Source: an uncultured virus (IMG/VR IMGVR_UViG_3300025853_007458)
Taxonomy: Duplodnaviria > Heunggongvirae > Uroviricota > Caudoviricetes
Virus record (IMG/VR): IMGVR_UViG_3300025853_007458
Direction: 5' to 3' (one strand)
DNA: 64,000 nucleotides
Shown one piece after another: positions 28,114 to 38,506 of the stretch. The notes under the pieces are model-generated. The model saw nothing but the letters and a program-made list of their open reading frames with translations. It did no database searches and was not told the DNA's origin. Made by a program: the position numbers and the translations under genes. Within the stretch, counting starts at the first letter, position 1. The number at the start of each line of letters is the position of its first letter.

Positions 28114-28845
28114 ATGAAAATATTATTAACAGGTAGTGAAGGCTTCATAGGTCAACACTTAAATAAATTCTTAACAGATCAAAAACACGAAGTAATTTGT
28201 CTGGACAAAAAAACAGGCAATGATTTACTTACTTGCGACTTAAAATATTCTGTAGATTTAGTTATACATCTCGCTGGTTTATCTGGCGTTAGAGATAGTT
28301 TAGATAAATCGGAAGAGTATTGGATACAAAATGTAATCGCAGGTCAAAGACTTTTTGATTTTTTCAAAGATACAAGAATCTTATACGCAAGTTCATCAAC
28401 AGCACACGAACCTTGGAAAAATCCATATGCAATGAGTAAATATGCTTTAGAGCGTATTGCTCCTGCAAACAGTATGGGTATGAGATTTACAACCGTGTAT
28501 GGTCCTAATGCTAGAGAAACAATGTTGATACCAAGAATCTTACGAAATGATGTTCCTTATATCAACACAAATCATAGTAGAGATTTTATACACGTTGACG
28601 ATTTAGTGAGAGGGATAGATACTTTAATTAAATCAAATTTAAGAGGTGTAACAGATTTAGGTTCTGGTACTACAAACAATCTTGTAGAGTTAATTGAATA
28701 CTTTGGAATTAATTGTAAACGTGTTGTGGGAGAACAAAACGAAAGATTGAATAACCTTGCTGATAATACACTACTAAATAAAATAGGTTGGTCACCTAAA
28801 ATAAACTTATATGACTATATTAAGGAGAACAAACATGTTAACTGA
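28114..28845 (+). CDS. NAD-dependent epimerase/dehydratase
   Basis: 'ILLTGSEGFIG', 'HLAG', 'YASSS', YxxxK 'YAMSK', 'RFTTVYGP', 'RDFIHVDD'. Confidence 0.92.
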   Translation: MKILLTGSEGFIGQHLNKFLTDQKHEVICLDKKTGNDLLTCDLKYSVDLVIHLAGLSGVRDSLDKSEEYWIQNVIAGQRLFDFFKDTRILYASSSTAHEPWKNPYAMSKYALERIAPANSMGMRFTTVYGPNARETMLIPRILRNDVPYINTNHSRDFIHVDDLVRGIDTLIKSNLRGVTDLGSGTTNNLVELIEYFGINCKRVVGEQNERLNNLADNTLLNKIGWSPKINLYDYIKENKHVN

Positions 28846-29329
28846 AGAATATTTAAAAGAACATTTTATAACTGCTCATTTTTGTGACAATGAAAGACAA
28901 AACATTGAGATATTAATGACAAATGAAGATAAGACAGCAACAATACCATATTACATTCCTTTTGATGAAAATGATGTAAAATATAAAGCATTATCAACCG
29001 TTATGAATTTAGATCAATTGCATGAGGCAACGTATCAGAAAAAGAAAGACGAAAGACGAGATTTTGAAAATATGGTTTTAGAAATTGCAAAAAAAGACGG
29101 TCTAATAATGGACTCAAATAAGATTGACACTAAATTTTATCCTAGAGTAGTAGAAGCTATTTTTGGTGATGAAGAAAATTTAGATCACGTTTTTGCTTTA
29201 AAACTTGCAATATTTGAGTTAGACGGAATTAAGGATTCTAAAAAAGAAGAATTAAAGAAAAAGCTAAGACAATCAAAAACTAAAAGAGATATTATTGCTA
29301 CTGCTTGTCAGATTTTAGAAAATAGTTAG
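28835..29329 (+). CDS. Hypothetical protein
   Basis: AAGGAG RBS before ATG 28835. Confidence 0.75.
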   Translation: MLTEEYLKEHFITAHFCDNERQNIEILMTNEDKTATIPYYIPFDENDVKYKALSTVMNLDQLHEATYQKKKDERRDFENMVLEIAKKDGLIMDSNKIDTKFYPRVVEAIFGDEENLDHVFALKLAIFELDGIKDSKKEELKKKLRQSKTKRDIIATACQILENS

Positions 29330-29876
29330 AATACCAACCAGTCCAACCTTTTTCCATTATATGTTGCATTTGACCAAGTGTACATATACTATATGACAAA
29401 GGTTTATAATACAGATAGTCTTTAATTGAAGGACATACTCTTTCATACGTTTTATAGTCAATGAATTTATAGTACCATTCATCACTTCCTCTAGTGTAGG
29501 TATCCACGTAGAAAGAGTCTTGTTCTTTAAACTTATCCCATATATAAGATACATCACCAGTCCATGATACTATAGATGAGTTTAAAGGTGTGTGAGCAGG
29601 TTCTCTCCACCACGTATCATCTAATAACGTAAAATCTTTTCTTACTAGATTAGGTAACTTGTTGTAGATAATCATATCTAAATCAAAATACAGGTTCTCC
29701 CCATCTCGGAACCTATCGTACATCTGAAATTTGTTAAACCAATTACCATATAGGTCGTCTTCTATAACTTCAAAACTATCATACTTTAGACCAGAGTATT
29801 CATCTATCATATGTTTTAAGTTATCAACGTGCCATTGAGTAAACTTATTACCAAATCTACAACAAATAATTCTCAT
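29298..29876 (-). CDS. Glycosyltransferase-like protein (GT-A)
   Basis: 'WFNKFQMY', DxD 'LYFDLD', 'LNSSIVSW'. Confidence 0.7.
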   Translation of the reverse strand: MRIICCRFGNKFTQWHVDNLKHMIDEYSGLKYDSFEVIEDDLYGNWFNKFQMYDRFRDGENLYFDLDMIIYNKLPNLVRKDFTLLDDTWWREPAHTPLNSSIVSWTGDVSYIWDKFKEQDSFYVDTYTRGSDEWYYKFIDYKTYERVCPSIKDYLYYKPLSYSICTLGQMQHIMEKGWTGWYSNYFLKSDKQ

Positions 29877-30576
29877 TTATCTTTCTTCCTACACCTGTAA
29901 AGTGTACTACTTTTAATTTTTCGTTTACTTCTTTATCTAATATCATAAAGTCAGTATCAAACTTTTGCATATACATTTGATTTAGTTTTAAATTTTCATT
30001 GTAGTCATCTGTATATTTCGCAATCCATTCACTAGGTGTTTTAGTTAGTTTTGCTTTATGTTCTAATATCTTCCACTTGACATAATTTTGTTCGCCATAA
30101 TATTTCTTATGTACTGTTCCTTCGTTATAGAAATGTAATTGCCAGTATTCAGGATTAAGTGCAAAGTCATCCCATAAAAATTTTAAACTACCTGATTTAA
30201 ACTTATAGAAACCACCATTGATACCTAGTTTGTTTTCCCACCATTGACCATATGTTACTAATTCATCATCTGATACAGGATGCCCTAGTAAATCATCTAT
30301 ATTACTTACTATGACTTGATCTATATCCATAATGATTATATCATCATCTGGTTTCTGATATGCAAATTGAGGACTAAAGAATTTTAGTTTATGCCAATGT
30401 TTTACTATATTACTATGATGATTGTAAGGTAGGACTAAATCTGCTTTGACATCTGTATCACTTAAACATACAAACTCAAAGTCTATTGATGAGTGTTTAC
30501 GTAAACTATCGTGTAGTCTTTCAACGTAATCGGGTGTGTAAAAACCATCAAAGTATACCGTACATATTTTAAGCAT
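29857..30576 (-). CDS. Glycosyltransferase-like protein (GT-A, GT8-like)
   Basis: 'FVCLSD', 'WHKLKFF', 'IMDID', 'INGG', 'GEQ', 'VVHFTG'. Start reassigned to ATG 30576. Confidence 0.72.
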   Translation of the reverse strand: MLKICTVYFDGFYTPDYVERLHDSLRKHSSIDFEFVCLSDTDVKADLVLPYNHHSNIVKHWHKLKFFSPQFAYQKPDDDIIIMDIDQVIVSNIDDLLGHPVSDDELVTYGQWWENKLGINGGFYKFKSGSLKFLWDDFALNPEYWQLHFYNEGTVHKKYYGEQNYVKWKILEHKAKLTKTPSEWIAKYTDDYNENLKLNQMYMQKFDTDFMILDKEVNEKLKVVHFTGVGRKINENYLL

Positions 30577-31432
30577 TAAGTCTTCTCCACACAAGATCAA
30601 AGTCTTTGTTGATAGTGTGGCAAAGTATAGTATCTTTAGGTATGAATCCTTGTTGATATAAAAAATAATGCCATTTGTCATCTAACCATTGTACAGATAC
30701 ATTGTTTTCTTTTATTTTAAATGAAAATAATGTTTCATTATCCCAACCAAAATATTGTAATACTTTTTTAGGGAATATATCACTGCTATTTTTTAATTCA
30801 GACATCATAGCTAAATTATCTTTAAAATTTTCAAAGTAGTTTAGTTTTACTAAATGATCTTTGTTAATACCTACGATACCTGTATTAATAACATCATTTT
30901 TAGGACTTAATCCTTTTTCTATCAACATTGCCTGAGTATTGAAATATTTTGATGATGGACTTCTTATTGTTTGTGATGTATCTGTAACTGAATCTATTTT
31001 TGTGATTTTACTATTATTGTTTAGTACAGCAATACCTTTTGTTAAATCCCACACCTCAAAAAAGTTTTCATTTTTCATAGGCACAACATCAAAATCTAAA
31101 AATAATATTTCATCATATTTCGTAGATAGTTCATACATTAAATGTATCTTATAAAAATTTATTATATTATACATTGTAAGGTATGGATATTGTTTTTTTA
31201 TATTTTCTGACCATAATGTAAAGTTTGTATCATATTCATATAAAATAAAATCAGCACCAATAGCGTCAGCGTAGATTTGTTTACAAGCACATAGATCACC
31301 ATAATGTTTTGCGAATTGCTCTTTAGTTCTTATGTTCATAGGTGTATCACCTGTCTTCAAAATGTTTTTATCAAAAATATCAATATCTTCTGAAGGTATA
31401 TCAATATACAAACTAAAAATTACTCTTTTCAT
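30569..31432 (-). CDS. Glycosyltransferase-like protein (GT-A)
   Basis: 'YKIHL..YDEILFLDFDV', 'INTGIV', 'DNETLF', 'LDDKWH'. Confidence 0.68.
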   Translation of the reverse strand: MKRVIFSLYIDIPSEDIDIFDKNILKTGDTPMNIRTKEQFAKHYGDLCACKQIYADAIGADFILYEYDTNFTLWSENIKKQYPYLTMYNIINFYKIHLMYELSTKYDEILFLDFDVVPMKNENFFEVWDLTKGIAVLNNNSKITKIDSVTDTSQTIRSPSSKYFNTQAMLIEKGLSPKNDVINTGIVGINKDHLVKLNYFENFKDNLAMMSELKNSSDIFPKKVLQYFGWDNETLFSFKIKENNVSVQWLDDKWHYFLYQQGFIPKDTILCHTINKDFDLVWRRLNA

Positions 31433-32160
31433 AATATTTTTCCTATTAATGTAAATCTTGTTCCTCTTTCATCATTAATTTCATCTTCAACAAGCACTTC
31501 GGTGTTTTTAGGTAATTGTGTTTTAAATTCATCGCCATTGTTTACACAATTTATATGTGTATCAATATTGAACATGTCATTTGATTGAAAGGCAAAATGT
31601 GCTGTTTTTTTCATTCTTGTCCACCATGGAACTTTACGTGTAACAGGCACACCAAATTTTGAATTGAAATATAGTGATTTAGGTCCTATAGGTCCCCATT
31701 CAGACATTGGTCGCATATGTTCACACGAAGTATTAATGAATAAATCTGTTTTCTCATATTCGTTTCTAAAATCTTTGAATATGTCATCTGATATAAAGGT
31801 AACATTTTCATAGTTGTAAAACAATTTATTTTTAGCAATCTTTATAACTCTATCGTCCATATCTATTGCTGTAATCTTTTTTACTCTAGGTGCTAATTCA
31901 GGTATTAGAATACTACCATACCAACAACCGAATATTGTTATTTCAGTTTGATCTGTTATTAAACCAAGTTTATCACAATGTTTTACAATATTCATCTTTG
32001 CGTTTAATTGAGGAGTACTAAAAGAGTCTAGTATATTATGTTCTAAATCAGGCTCTTCTTTAATAGTATAAATTATTTTTTCCAATAAATTATAATCTAT
32101 ATGATTATTATGTAAGCTCAATATATTTTTTAAATATTGTAATTGATCTCTTTCTATCAT
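31429..32160 (-). CDS. Class I SAM-dependent methyltransferase-like protein
   Basis: 'ITIFGCWYG', 'ITAIDMD', 'DLFINTSCEHM'. Confidence 0.7.
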   Translation of the reverse strand: MIERDQLQYLKNILSLHNNHIDYNLLEKIIYTIKEEPDLEHNILDSFSTPQLNAKMNIVKHCDKLGLITDQTEITIFGCWYGSILIPELAPRVKKITAIDMDDRVIKIAKNKLFYNYENVTFISDDIFKDFRNEYEKTDLFINTSCEHMRPMSEWGPIGPKSLYFNSKFGVPVTRKVPWWTRMKKTAHFAFQSNDMFNIDTHINCVNNGDEFKTQLPKNTEVLVEDEINDERGTRFTLIGKIL

Positions 32161-32861
32161 TTAACCCAACTTACTATATCTGATAATGGCGGACATGTGT
32201 CTAATCCCAATTGATTCTTTTTCTCTAGCCATTGCTGTCTTGTTTCTTCAGCATAACCACAACTCATCATTAATATAGGTCTTCTTTTTACCCAACTAAA
32301 ACCTAAATCATGCCATTGTTTTACATCTCTTATAAAACAAATATTGTACGATACATCTAATCCTTCTTCTAATAGATAACTTGATAGATTGGTTGCAAAC
32401 ATTCCTACTTCTAAAGCGATATGATCTATAATTTTTTCTACGTATTCTGGATATTGCTCATCTGCCGTATGACTACCATTGTCTATCTGTTTTTGATAGA
32501 ACGCATTTGGTTTATGCACAACTCTGCTATGAAATGCAAACAAGTAAGGATTAGTTCTTACATGATTGTAGTTTGGATTAGGATTCTTTTTTGCGTCATG
32601 TGTTACTTTAGATAAACCTAAAGCATTTGTATCTTTGTCAACTTGTATATGATTTCTATTAGATAAAATCCATATCTTTTCTTTCCATTCTTGTTGTTCA
32701 GGACCATAGACATTTATTCTATATGCAAACATATTATTTTTAGATGATGTTGTTATTAATGCTTTTTCTAAAGCTCTATCTATGATTTCTTTTGGTGGAA
32801 CATCTTTTTTATAAGTGATAACGTGTCTTCGTTTATCTTTTAATAAGTCGTAGTGTTTCAT
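32157..32861 (-). CDS. Nitroreductase-family flavoprotein
   Basis: 'KRRHVITY..DVPPKEIIDRAL...SSKNN', 'EVGMFATNL..LLEEGLDVSY', 'MSCGY'; related to 7168..7953. Confidence 0.75.
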   Translation of the reverse strand: MKHYDLLKDKRRHVITYKKDVPPKEIIDRALEKALITTSSKNNMFAYRINVYGPEQQEWKEKIWILSNRNHIQVDKDTNALGLSKVTHDAKKNPNPNYNHVRTNPYLFAFHSRVVHKPNAFYQKQIDNGSHTADEQYPEYVEKIIDHIALEVGMFATNLSSYLLEEGLDVSYNICFIRDVKQWHDLGFSWVKRRPILMMSCGYAEETRQQWLEKKNQLGLDTCPPLSDIVSWVK

Positions 32862-34372
32862 TTTTTTATTACCCAATCTCCTATTACTAACATATTCAAT
32901 GCCGTTCTCTTAAACGTTCTAATTGCATGTTGTGGTGTTTCAACAATAGGTTCCTGACAATTAAAACTTGTGTTTAACAACATAGGTATGCCTGTTATTT
33001 TGTAAAATTCATTTACTATATCATAAAATTTTTTATTATCTTTTCTATTTATAGTCTGTATTCTAGCAGTATTATCAACGTGTGTAATGCCTGGTACTTT
33101 ATCAGTTTTTACTTTACATATCCTAGACATGTAAGGACTAGGACCACCTCTTGTATCAAAGTATTCTTGGTAATGTTCTTCTAATACTACAGGTGCAAAT
33201 GGTCTAAAGTCTTCTCTCATTTTTATAGTGTGATTAATGATATTTTTTATATCAGGATTACGAGGGTCTGCTAATATGCTTCTATTACCTAATGCTCGAT
33301 TACCACTTTCTGATTTGCCTTGAAACCAACCTATAATAGAACCATCTGCTATTGCTTGTGCTACTTCTTTATAATTTACTTTTTCTTCACCTACATAATC
33401 ATACTCCTTACCAGCATACAATTCTGATTTATGTACATTTTTATTTAAGACAAAATCAGCGTGTTGATATGCACCAATGGCTTGTCCCTCATCACCAACT
33501 GCAGGTGGTACAAATACATTGTTATAATGTTTAGTAAATTCTTCATTCATATAACCATTGTAAGCAACACCACCTGCAATACATAAGTTATCACAAGTCT
33601 TTAATGGATATACATGTTCTTTTATTTTATCTAAAGTAAATCTTTGTAGTGTGTATGCTAAATCATCTACACCGTGCGTATCAACATCTATTTGCTTAAA
33701 GTGTTCTTGTTTCTTTTCAGTTATAGGACCATCAAGTATAACTTCAAAACATGTATAGTAATATCTACTAAACTTACCATATCCTACTTTACCCATAAGT
33801 TTACTTGCACCTAATGTACCAAAACCTGTAAGACCAGACATGTGATTCCATAACCAACCTATAGGTAGTTTATCTGATAGATCAATTAAGTTTTGTTCTT
33901 TATCAAAAAATACACATCTAAATTTAGAACCTATGCCATCTATCGCAAGTATATCAGATTTTTCATAACCTGAATTAAGAAACGTATAAGCAGCATGTGA
34001 TTGATGATGATCTATAAAGTAAACATTATCTTTGTAATAGTGATCCCATAGTTTTTTAGGATTGTAATTAAATATCTCATCATGCCCTTTTAATATTGTA
34101 CTCCACAATTCTTCTTTTGATTTTCTAATACCACCAAACGTATATGTAAATGCTAGTATGGCGTCATCTGGTTTTTTAAAGTATTGTTCAGTAAACTCAT
34201 CATTCAATCTATAATCACTTACGTTAAGTATATCTGATTGATGAGCATATGCCTCAGCGTGGTAGGGTAGATTATGTTTAAATCTAGTTTCTCTTTCTCT
34301 TTGATTATGATACACACCATCATATGTATTATGATCGTGTAGATTCAAAGCAACTGCAAATATTTTATCCAT
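32858..34372 (-). CDS. O-carbamoyltransferase (NodU/CmcH/TobZ family)
   Basis: 'HHQSHAA', 'IDGIG', 'AGGVAYN', 'GDEGQAIG', 'RALGNRSILADP', 'RPFAP', 'LLNTSFN'. Confidence 0.93.
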   Translation of the reverse strand: MDKIFAVALNLHDHNTYDGVYHNQRERETRFKHNLPYHAEAYAHQSDILNVSDYRLNDEFTEQYFKKPDDAILAFTYTFGGIRKSKEELWSTILKGHDEIFNYNPKKLWDHYYKDNVYFIDHHQSHAAYTFLNSGYEKSDILAIDGIGSKFRCVFFDKEQNLIDLSDKLPIGWLWNHMSGLTGFGTLGASKLMGKVGYGKFSRYYYTCFEVILDGPITEKKQEHFKQIDVDTHGVDDLAYTLQRFTLDKIKEHVYPLKTCDNLCIAGGVAYNGYMNEEFTKHYNNVFVPPAVGDEGQAIGAYQHADFVLNKNVHKSELYAGKEYDYVGEEKVNYKEVAQAIADGSIIGWFQGKSESGNRALGNRSILADPRNPDIKNIINHTIKMREDFRPFAPVVLEEHYQEYFDTRGGPSPYMSRICKVKTDKVPGITHVDNTARIQTINRKDNKKFYDIVNEFYKITGIPMLLNTSFNCQEPIVETPQHAIRTFKRTALNMLVIGDWVIKK

Positions 34373-35219
34373 TTAGCACACTCGCATATTTTGATAAAGG
34401 AAAATGACCTTTAGGCTCAACCCATTCCATACATGTTTTACAATAGTTCTCATATTTAAATAATCTAAAATTCATCATCTTATCTATATTCTCCTGTGTT
34501 ATGTCAAATGTTTTTGAGTGAATTATATTATTGGCAAACTTCTTACTACAATGTACAAGTTTTCTTGTTTCAAAATTGATAACAGGAACCATAGGAAAAG
34601 CTGCACACATCTTACGATCTATTTCAGCAGCTTGTTTGTGTACGGCTGTGACATCATCTTTATTAGGTGTTCTACCATTAAATGATTTCCACATTGTATT
34701 TTTATGATTTAACTTTTTCATTTCTTCAGGAAACTTATCTTTGTATTTAAAGTAATTGGGTGTTTTTACACATAGATTATAATTGTTATAATCATTTGGT
34801 TGTATAAAACCGTAAGGTTCTAATTTATCTAAATTACCTAGTTTTTTAATACCGTCTTCGTAAAAATCTAATATGTTATGTTCAATATAAAGTATATCAG
34901 GATCTTTTAGTATATGTGGATATCTTTTACGTACAAAAGAGTTTGATAGTACTGAACATACGTGATTAGGTCTGCTTTTAACTTCAGCAATTACATCATC
35001 TAAATTTTTAATTAGTCCTGGTTCACCACCTAGAAGACAAACACGTATCTTATAGTTTTTTAAATAGTCTAGTGTTTGTTTTAGGAAGTCAATATCAACT
35101 GTCAAGTTTCTCATCTCTAAAGTATAACTTGTACAGTAATGACAATCTTTGTTACAAGACATAGACATAAAAAAATCTATGGCTAAATAATTCTGTTGTA
35201 TTTCTTTTAACGTTATCAT
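34365..35219 (-). CDS. Radical SAM protein with C-terminal Twitch-like Cys
   Basis: 'CNKDCHYC', 'LLGGEPGL', C-terminal 'MC...VHC...YCKTC'. Confidence 0.88.
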   Translation of the reverse strand: MITLKEIQQNYLAIDFFMSMSCNKDCHYCTSYTLEMRNLTVDIDFLKQTLDYLKNYKIRVCLLGGEPGLIKNLDDVIAEVKSRPNHVCSVLSNSFVRKRYPHILKDPDILYIEHNILDFYEDGIKKLGNLDKLEPYGFIQPNDYNNYNLCVKTPNYFKYKDKFPEEMKKLNHKNTMWKSFNGRTPNKDDVTAVHKQAAEIDRKMCAAFPMVPVINFETRKLVHCSKKFANNIIHSKTFDITQENIDKMMNFRLFKYENYCKTCMEWVEPKGHFPLSKYASVLNG

Positions 35220-35536
35220 CTATTATCAAATTTAGTAAAAAATAATTTATTAAATGCTATTAGTAATTGTTCCTTTGCTAATGTTTTAAATCTTGTTTGT
35301 TTAAATAAAAAGTCTTCTCTTTCATAAGCCTTTTCTATAAGATACTCGTAAATATCTTCATTGTGTTTTTCTAGTAATGCTCTATCTAAAATTATATCAT
35401 CACCAAACAACCACTTTGATCTCTTTACAAATTTAAGCAACCTTTGAGGTATCTTATCTGTTATATCAATCATATTATTGTTATCATCTACATAACAAAA
35501 ACTAGTGACATTTGGACTTATAATTATTTCATTCAT
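35216..35536 (-). CDS. Hypothetical protein
   Basis: ORF translationally coupled to its neighbours on both sides. Confidence 0.7.
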   Translation of the reverse strand: MNEIIISPNVTSFCYVDDNNNMIDITDKIPQRLLKFVKRSKWLFGDDIILDRALLEKHNEDIYEYLIEKAYEREDFLFKQTRFKTLAKEQLLIAFNKLFFTKFDNR

Positions 35537-36588
35537 ATTGTTGCCATTATAATATTACATGTATTATCCACCTCATTATCCGTTAAATATGGATGAATAG
35601 GTAATGTTAGTATTGTATCACATATTAACTGGGAATTCAAGCAGTTATCTTTTCTATGTATGTGTGTTTTATACAAGGGGTTTTCTGATATAGGTATAGG
35701 ATAATGTACATTAGCGTTAAGTCTTTTCTTTAGTAAATCCCTTGTTTCTTTGTTTTCTAATCTTATGACGTATTTGTGATAACAATGATTTACAACCTCA
35801 TCAACATGTGGTATAATTACAGGTAGATTTTTTAAATTGTTAGTATATCGTTTTGCAATTCTAAAACGTTTATCTTGCCATTCGTGCATTTTATCCATTC
35901 TATGACTAATAAACTCAGCATTGATTGCTAACATTTTAGAGTTGTATCCTAACACATCACCGTTGCCGTGTCTTCTTACTTTTCTTAAAAATTCTGCTTG
36001 TTGTTTACCATCTAGTAAAATAGCACCACCACCTGATATACCTGCAACAGGTTTATTTGCATTGAAACTCAATGTTGCAATATCGCCAAATGTACCTGCA
36101 TATTGACCATTTCTACTTGCACCAAATGATTGACAGGCGTCCTCTATGAGTGGGATGTTTTTTTCTTTACAAAAGTTTTGTATTTCTGTCATGTCAGATA
36201 TATTACCAAATAAATGAGGATATACAATTGCTTTTGTTTTGTCTGAATACATACGTTTAATACTATCAATTGACATATGATTTGTTTTTGGATCAACATC
36301 ACAAAATACGGTTGTTGCACCATTCATTGCTACACATGACGCTGAAGATATCCATGAGAAGTTTGTAACTAACACTTCATCGCCAGGTTTTATAGCATAT
36401 GCCATAAGAGCATATTGTAAAGCGTCTGTACCACTAGCACAAGCAACGACATACTTTCTATTGATAAGTTTTTGTATTTTCTTTTCTAAAAACTCAATGT
36501 TTCTTTCATTTTCTTTTTGCATAACATTATCAAAAAGTTTTAAATATTCGTCTTTGTTTGCTAGATAATCTCTATCCCAACCTGTCAT
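35533..36588 (-). CDS. DegT/DnrJ/EryC1/StrS PLP-dependent sugar aminotransferase
   Basis: 'ASGTDAL', 'PGDEV', 'IEDACQSFG', 'SFNANK', 'GYNSKM', 'LTLPIHP'. Confidence 0.93.
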   Translation of the reverse strand: MTGWDRDYLANKDEYLKLFDNVMQKENERNIEFLEKKIQKLINRKYVVACASGTDALQYALMAYAIKPGDEVLVTNFSWISSASCVAMNGATTVFCDVDPKTNHMSIDSIKRMYSDKTKAIVYPHLFGNISDMTEIQNFCKEKNIPLIEDACQSFGASRNGQYAGTFGDIATLSFNANKPVAGISGGGAILLDGKQQAEFLRKVRRHGNGDVLGYNSKMLAINAEFISHRMDKMHEWQDKRFRIAKRYTNNLKNLPVIIPHVDEVVNHCYHKYVIRLENKETRDLLKKRLNANVHYPIPISENPLYKTHIHRKDNCLNSQLICDTILTLPIHPYLTDNEVDNTCNIIMATI

Positions 36589-37303
36589 ATAATAACCTCG
36601 CTATTTCTTCATGCCCTTTTTTACTAGGGTGTTCATCAATTTTACTTATAGTATATCCATTTATATCTAAAAATTTAAAAAAATGTAATTTTATTAAAAT
36701 ATTTAAATTATTAGCTTTTGAATATCCTATAAAATTATCAATATCAATAAATTTTTCGTATTCATCTATTAATGTTCTTATGTATCTTCTAATAATTTTT
36801 TGATTTTTTAAAGGTTCATATCTAGGCAAACCTTTAAGTTGATCTGCTTCTGATCTTTTAAGTCCTGCTAACCAAGGTTCAAACAAACCAATCATTTGAA
36901 ATTGTTTGTAAGGTATGTTATACCTTTTACATACATTTTGTAAAGTTATGTAACCTAGTAATGATTCTCTTACCCAACCATAAATATCGCCAGGTCTTTT
37001 TATTCTACTATTAAACCATTTTGATATAGGCATACCATTCTGCCAATCATCTCTATTTGATTGTGACCATGCAGCCATAACAAGACCTATCTCATCTTTA
37101 GGTGTTCTTTCTATTGTGTCTAATAAAGTTTGCAATATATACCTGTTACCTGCACCGTTAGTTGCTAAATTAATTACTTCCATATTCAATTTCTTTCCAA
37201 GTAGTTCAGGCCATTTTGACCACGAAGTATCCATATCAGGATACGCTGAAGAAATATATTCTTTAGCTGTATAACTACAACCACTTACTATTAATTTTTT
37301 CAT
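36572..37303 (-). CDS. SGNH/GDSL-like hydrolase or acyltransferase
   Basis: 'VSGCSYT', 'NLATNGAGN', C-terminal DxH 'DEHPSKKGH'. Confidence 0.7.
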   Translation of the reverse strand: MKKLIVSGCSYTAKEYISSAYPDMDTSWSKWPELLGKKLNMEVINLATNGAGNRYILQTLLDTIERTPKDEIGLVMAAWSQSNRDDWQNGMPISKWFNSRIKRPGDIYGWVRESLLGYITLQNVCKRYNIPYKQFQMIGLFEPWLAGLKRSEADQLKGLPRYEPLKNQKIIRRYIRTLIDEYEKFIDIDNFIGYSKANNLNILIKLHFFKFLDINGYTISKIDEHPSKKGHEEIARLLYDRLG

Positions 37304-38135
37304 ATAATATTTCCGCTATTCTCACTTGTCCTAGTGCGTTAGGGTGTCTGTCCAATTCAGATACTCTATGTTTTTCTTTTAATAGACTTTCAATAGTGTA
37401 TCCTTCTAATTTTTGATCTGTGGGCCAACCTAAAAAATTATCTTTAAACTTATATCTGCTACTTTTTAAAGTTTTTAAATAAGTCATCATCATGGTATCA
37501 CGTACATATTCTATTCCATGTTTTTGCATTTCCGCAAATTGTTGAAATTTATCTAACTTTGCTTGCATGTCATTTTCATTTAAAGCTGAATAATCTATAC
37601 CGTTTGTTATTTCCCAAATATGACCTCTAATTAAACTTATCATTTGAACTTGATTGTAAAAAAGTGCTTGATCGGCAACTCTAGTTTTTTGTTGTTCCAT
37701 TAAATTTTGAAACGCATATTGGTATCTTATAGTTTTATTAATCCAATATTTTATATCTCCTTTTGTATCCGTTCTAATATTATTCCAATTTGTAACATTT
37801 TTTATTATATCTCTATACTTATTGTTAGCAAAGGCTTTATCATTTCTCGTACCTGTCCAACTAGATGTTTTTTCCCAATCACGTCTTGGTGCTGATGACC
37901 ATGCAGCTATAACATGACCTACTTTATTAATATCAATTTCTGTTAAATAATCTGATAAAGAACTATAGATATATTCATTTCCCATTCCTGACTTGCAAAG
38001 ATTAACTGGTTCCATATTCATTTTCTCTGCTAAAATTTCAGGCCATTTAAGCCACGTAGTATCCATTGAGGGATGTTGCATAGAAATAAAATGAGGATCA
38101 CCCCAACTACAACCACTAACTACAAGTTTCTTCAT
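37275..38135 (-). CDS. SGNH/GDSL-like hydrolase or acyltransferase (paralogue of 36572..37303)
   Basis: 'VSGCSWG', 'NLCKSGMGN', 'DRHPNALGQ'. Confidence 0.7.
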   Translation of the reverse strand: MKKLVVSGCSWGDPHFISMQHPSMDTTWLKWPEILAEKMNMEPVNLCKSGMGNEYIYSSLSDYLTEIDINKVGHVIAAWSSAPRRDWEKTSSWTGTRNDKAFANNKYRDIIKNVTNWNNIRTDTKGDIKYWINKTIRYQYAFQNLMEQQKTRVADQALFYNQVQMISLIRGHIWEITNGIDYSALNENDMQAKLDKFQQFAEMQKHGIEYVRDTMMMTYLKTLKSSRYKFKDNFLGWPTDQKLEGYTIESLLKEKHRVSELDRHPNALGQVRIAEILYEKINSKWL

Positions 38136-38506
38136 ACTTTATTTTTTACTATTGATTTACCTTTTTCATCTAAATGATGTTCTATTTTTATATTATCATC
38201 TGGTCTAATTAAACAATGATACAGACAATTTTTAGGCACTTTACTATGATCGCCTGCCTCACCGTCTTTCATAATTTGTTCAAACTCTCTCCATTCATCT
38301 GACAATACTATTTCATCTATGTTTTCTGCCTCACTTACTTTACTTACTTTTAACATTTTTTGAAATAATGGTGTGCTTAATGTCCATTCTTGGTCGCACC
38401 AACAACAAGGTAATAGATGACCTCTATTACTCATAGCCATTTGCATTTTGCCGTTCATACATTGAGCAACAAATTTACCTTCTAGTTTATCTTTTTTATC
38501 TGACAT
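38132..38506 (-). CDS. Stand-alone SPASM/Twitch-like Fe-S domain protein
   Basis: 'AQC...MSNRGHLLPCCWCD...NCLYHC'; related to 5409..5732. Confidence 0.72.
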   Translation of the reverse strand: MSDKKDKLEGKFVAQCMNGKMQMAMSNRGHLLPCCWCDQEWTLSTPLFQKMLKVSKVSEAENIDEIVLSDEWREFEQIMKDGEAGDHSKVPKNCLYHCLIRPDDNIKIEHHLDEKGKSIVKNKV

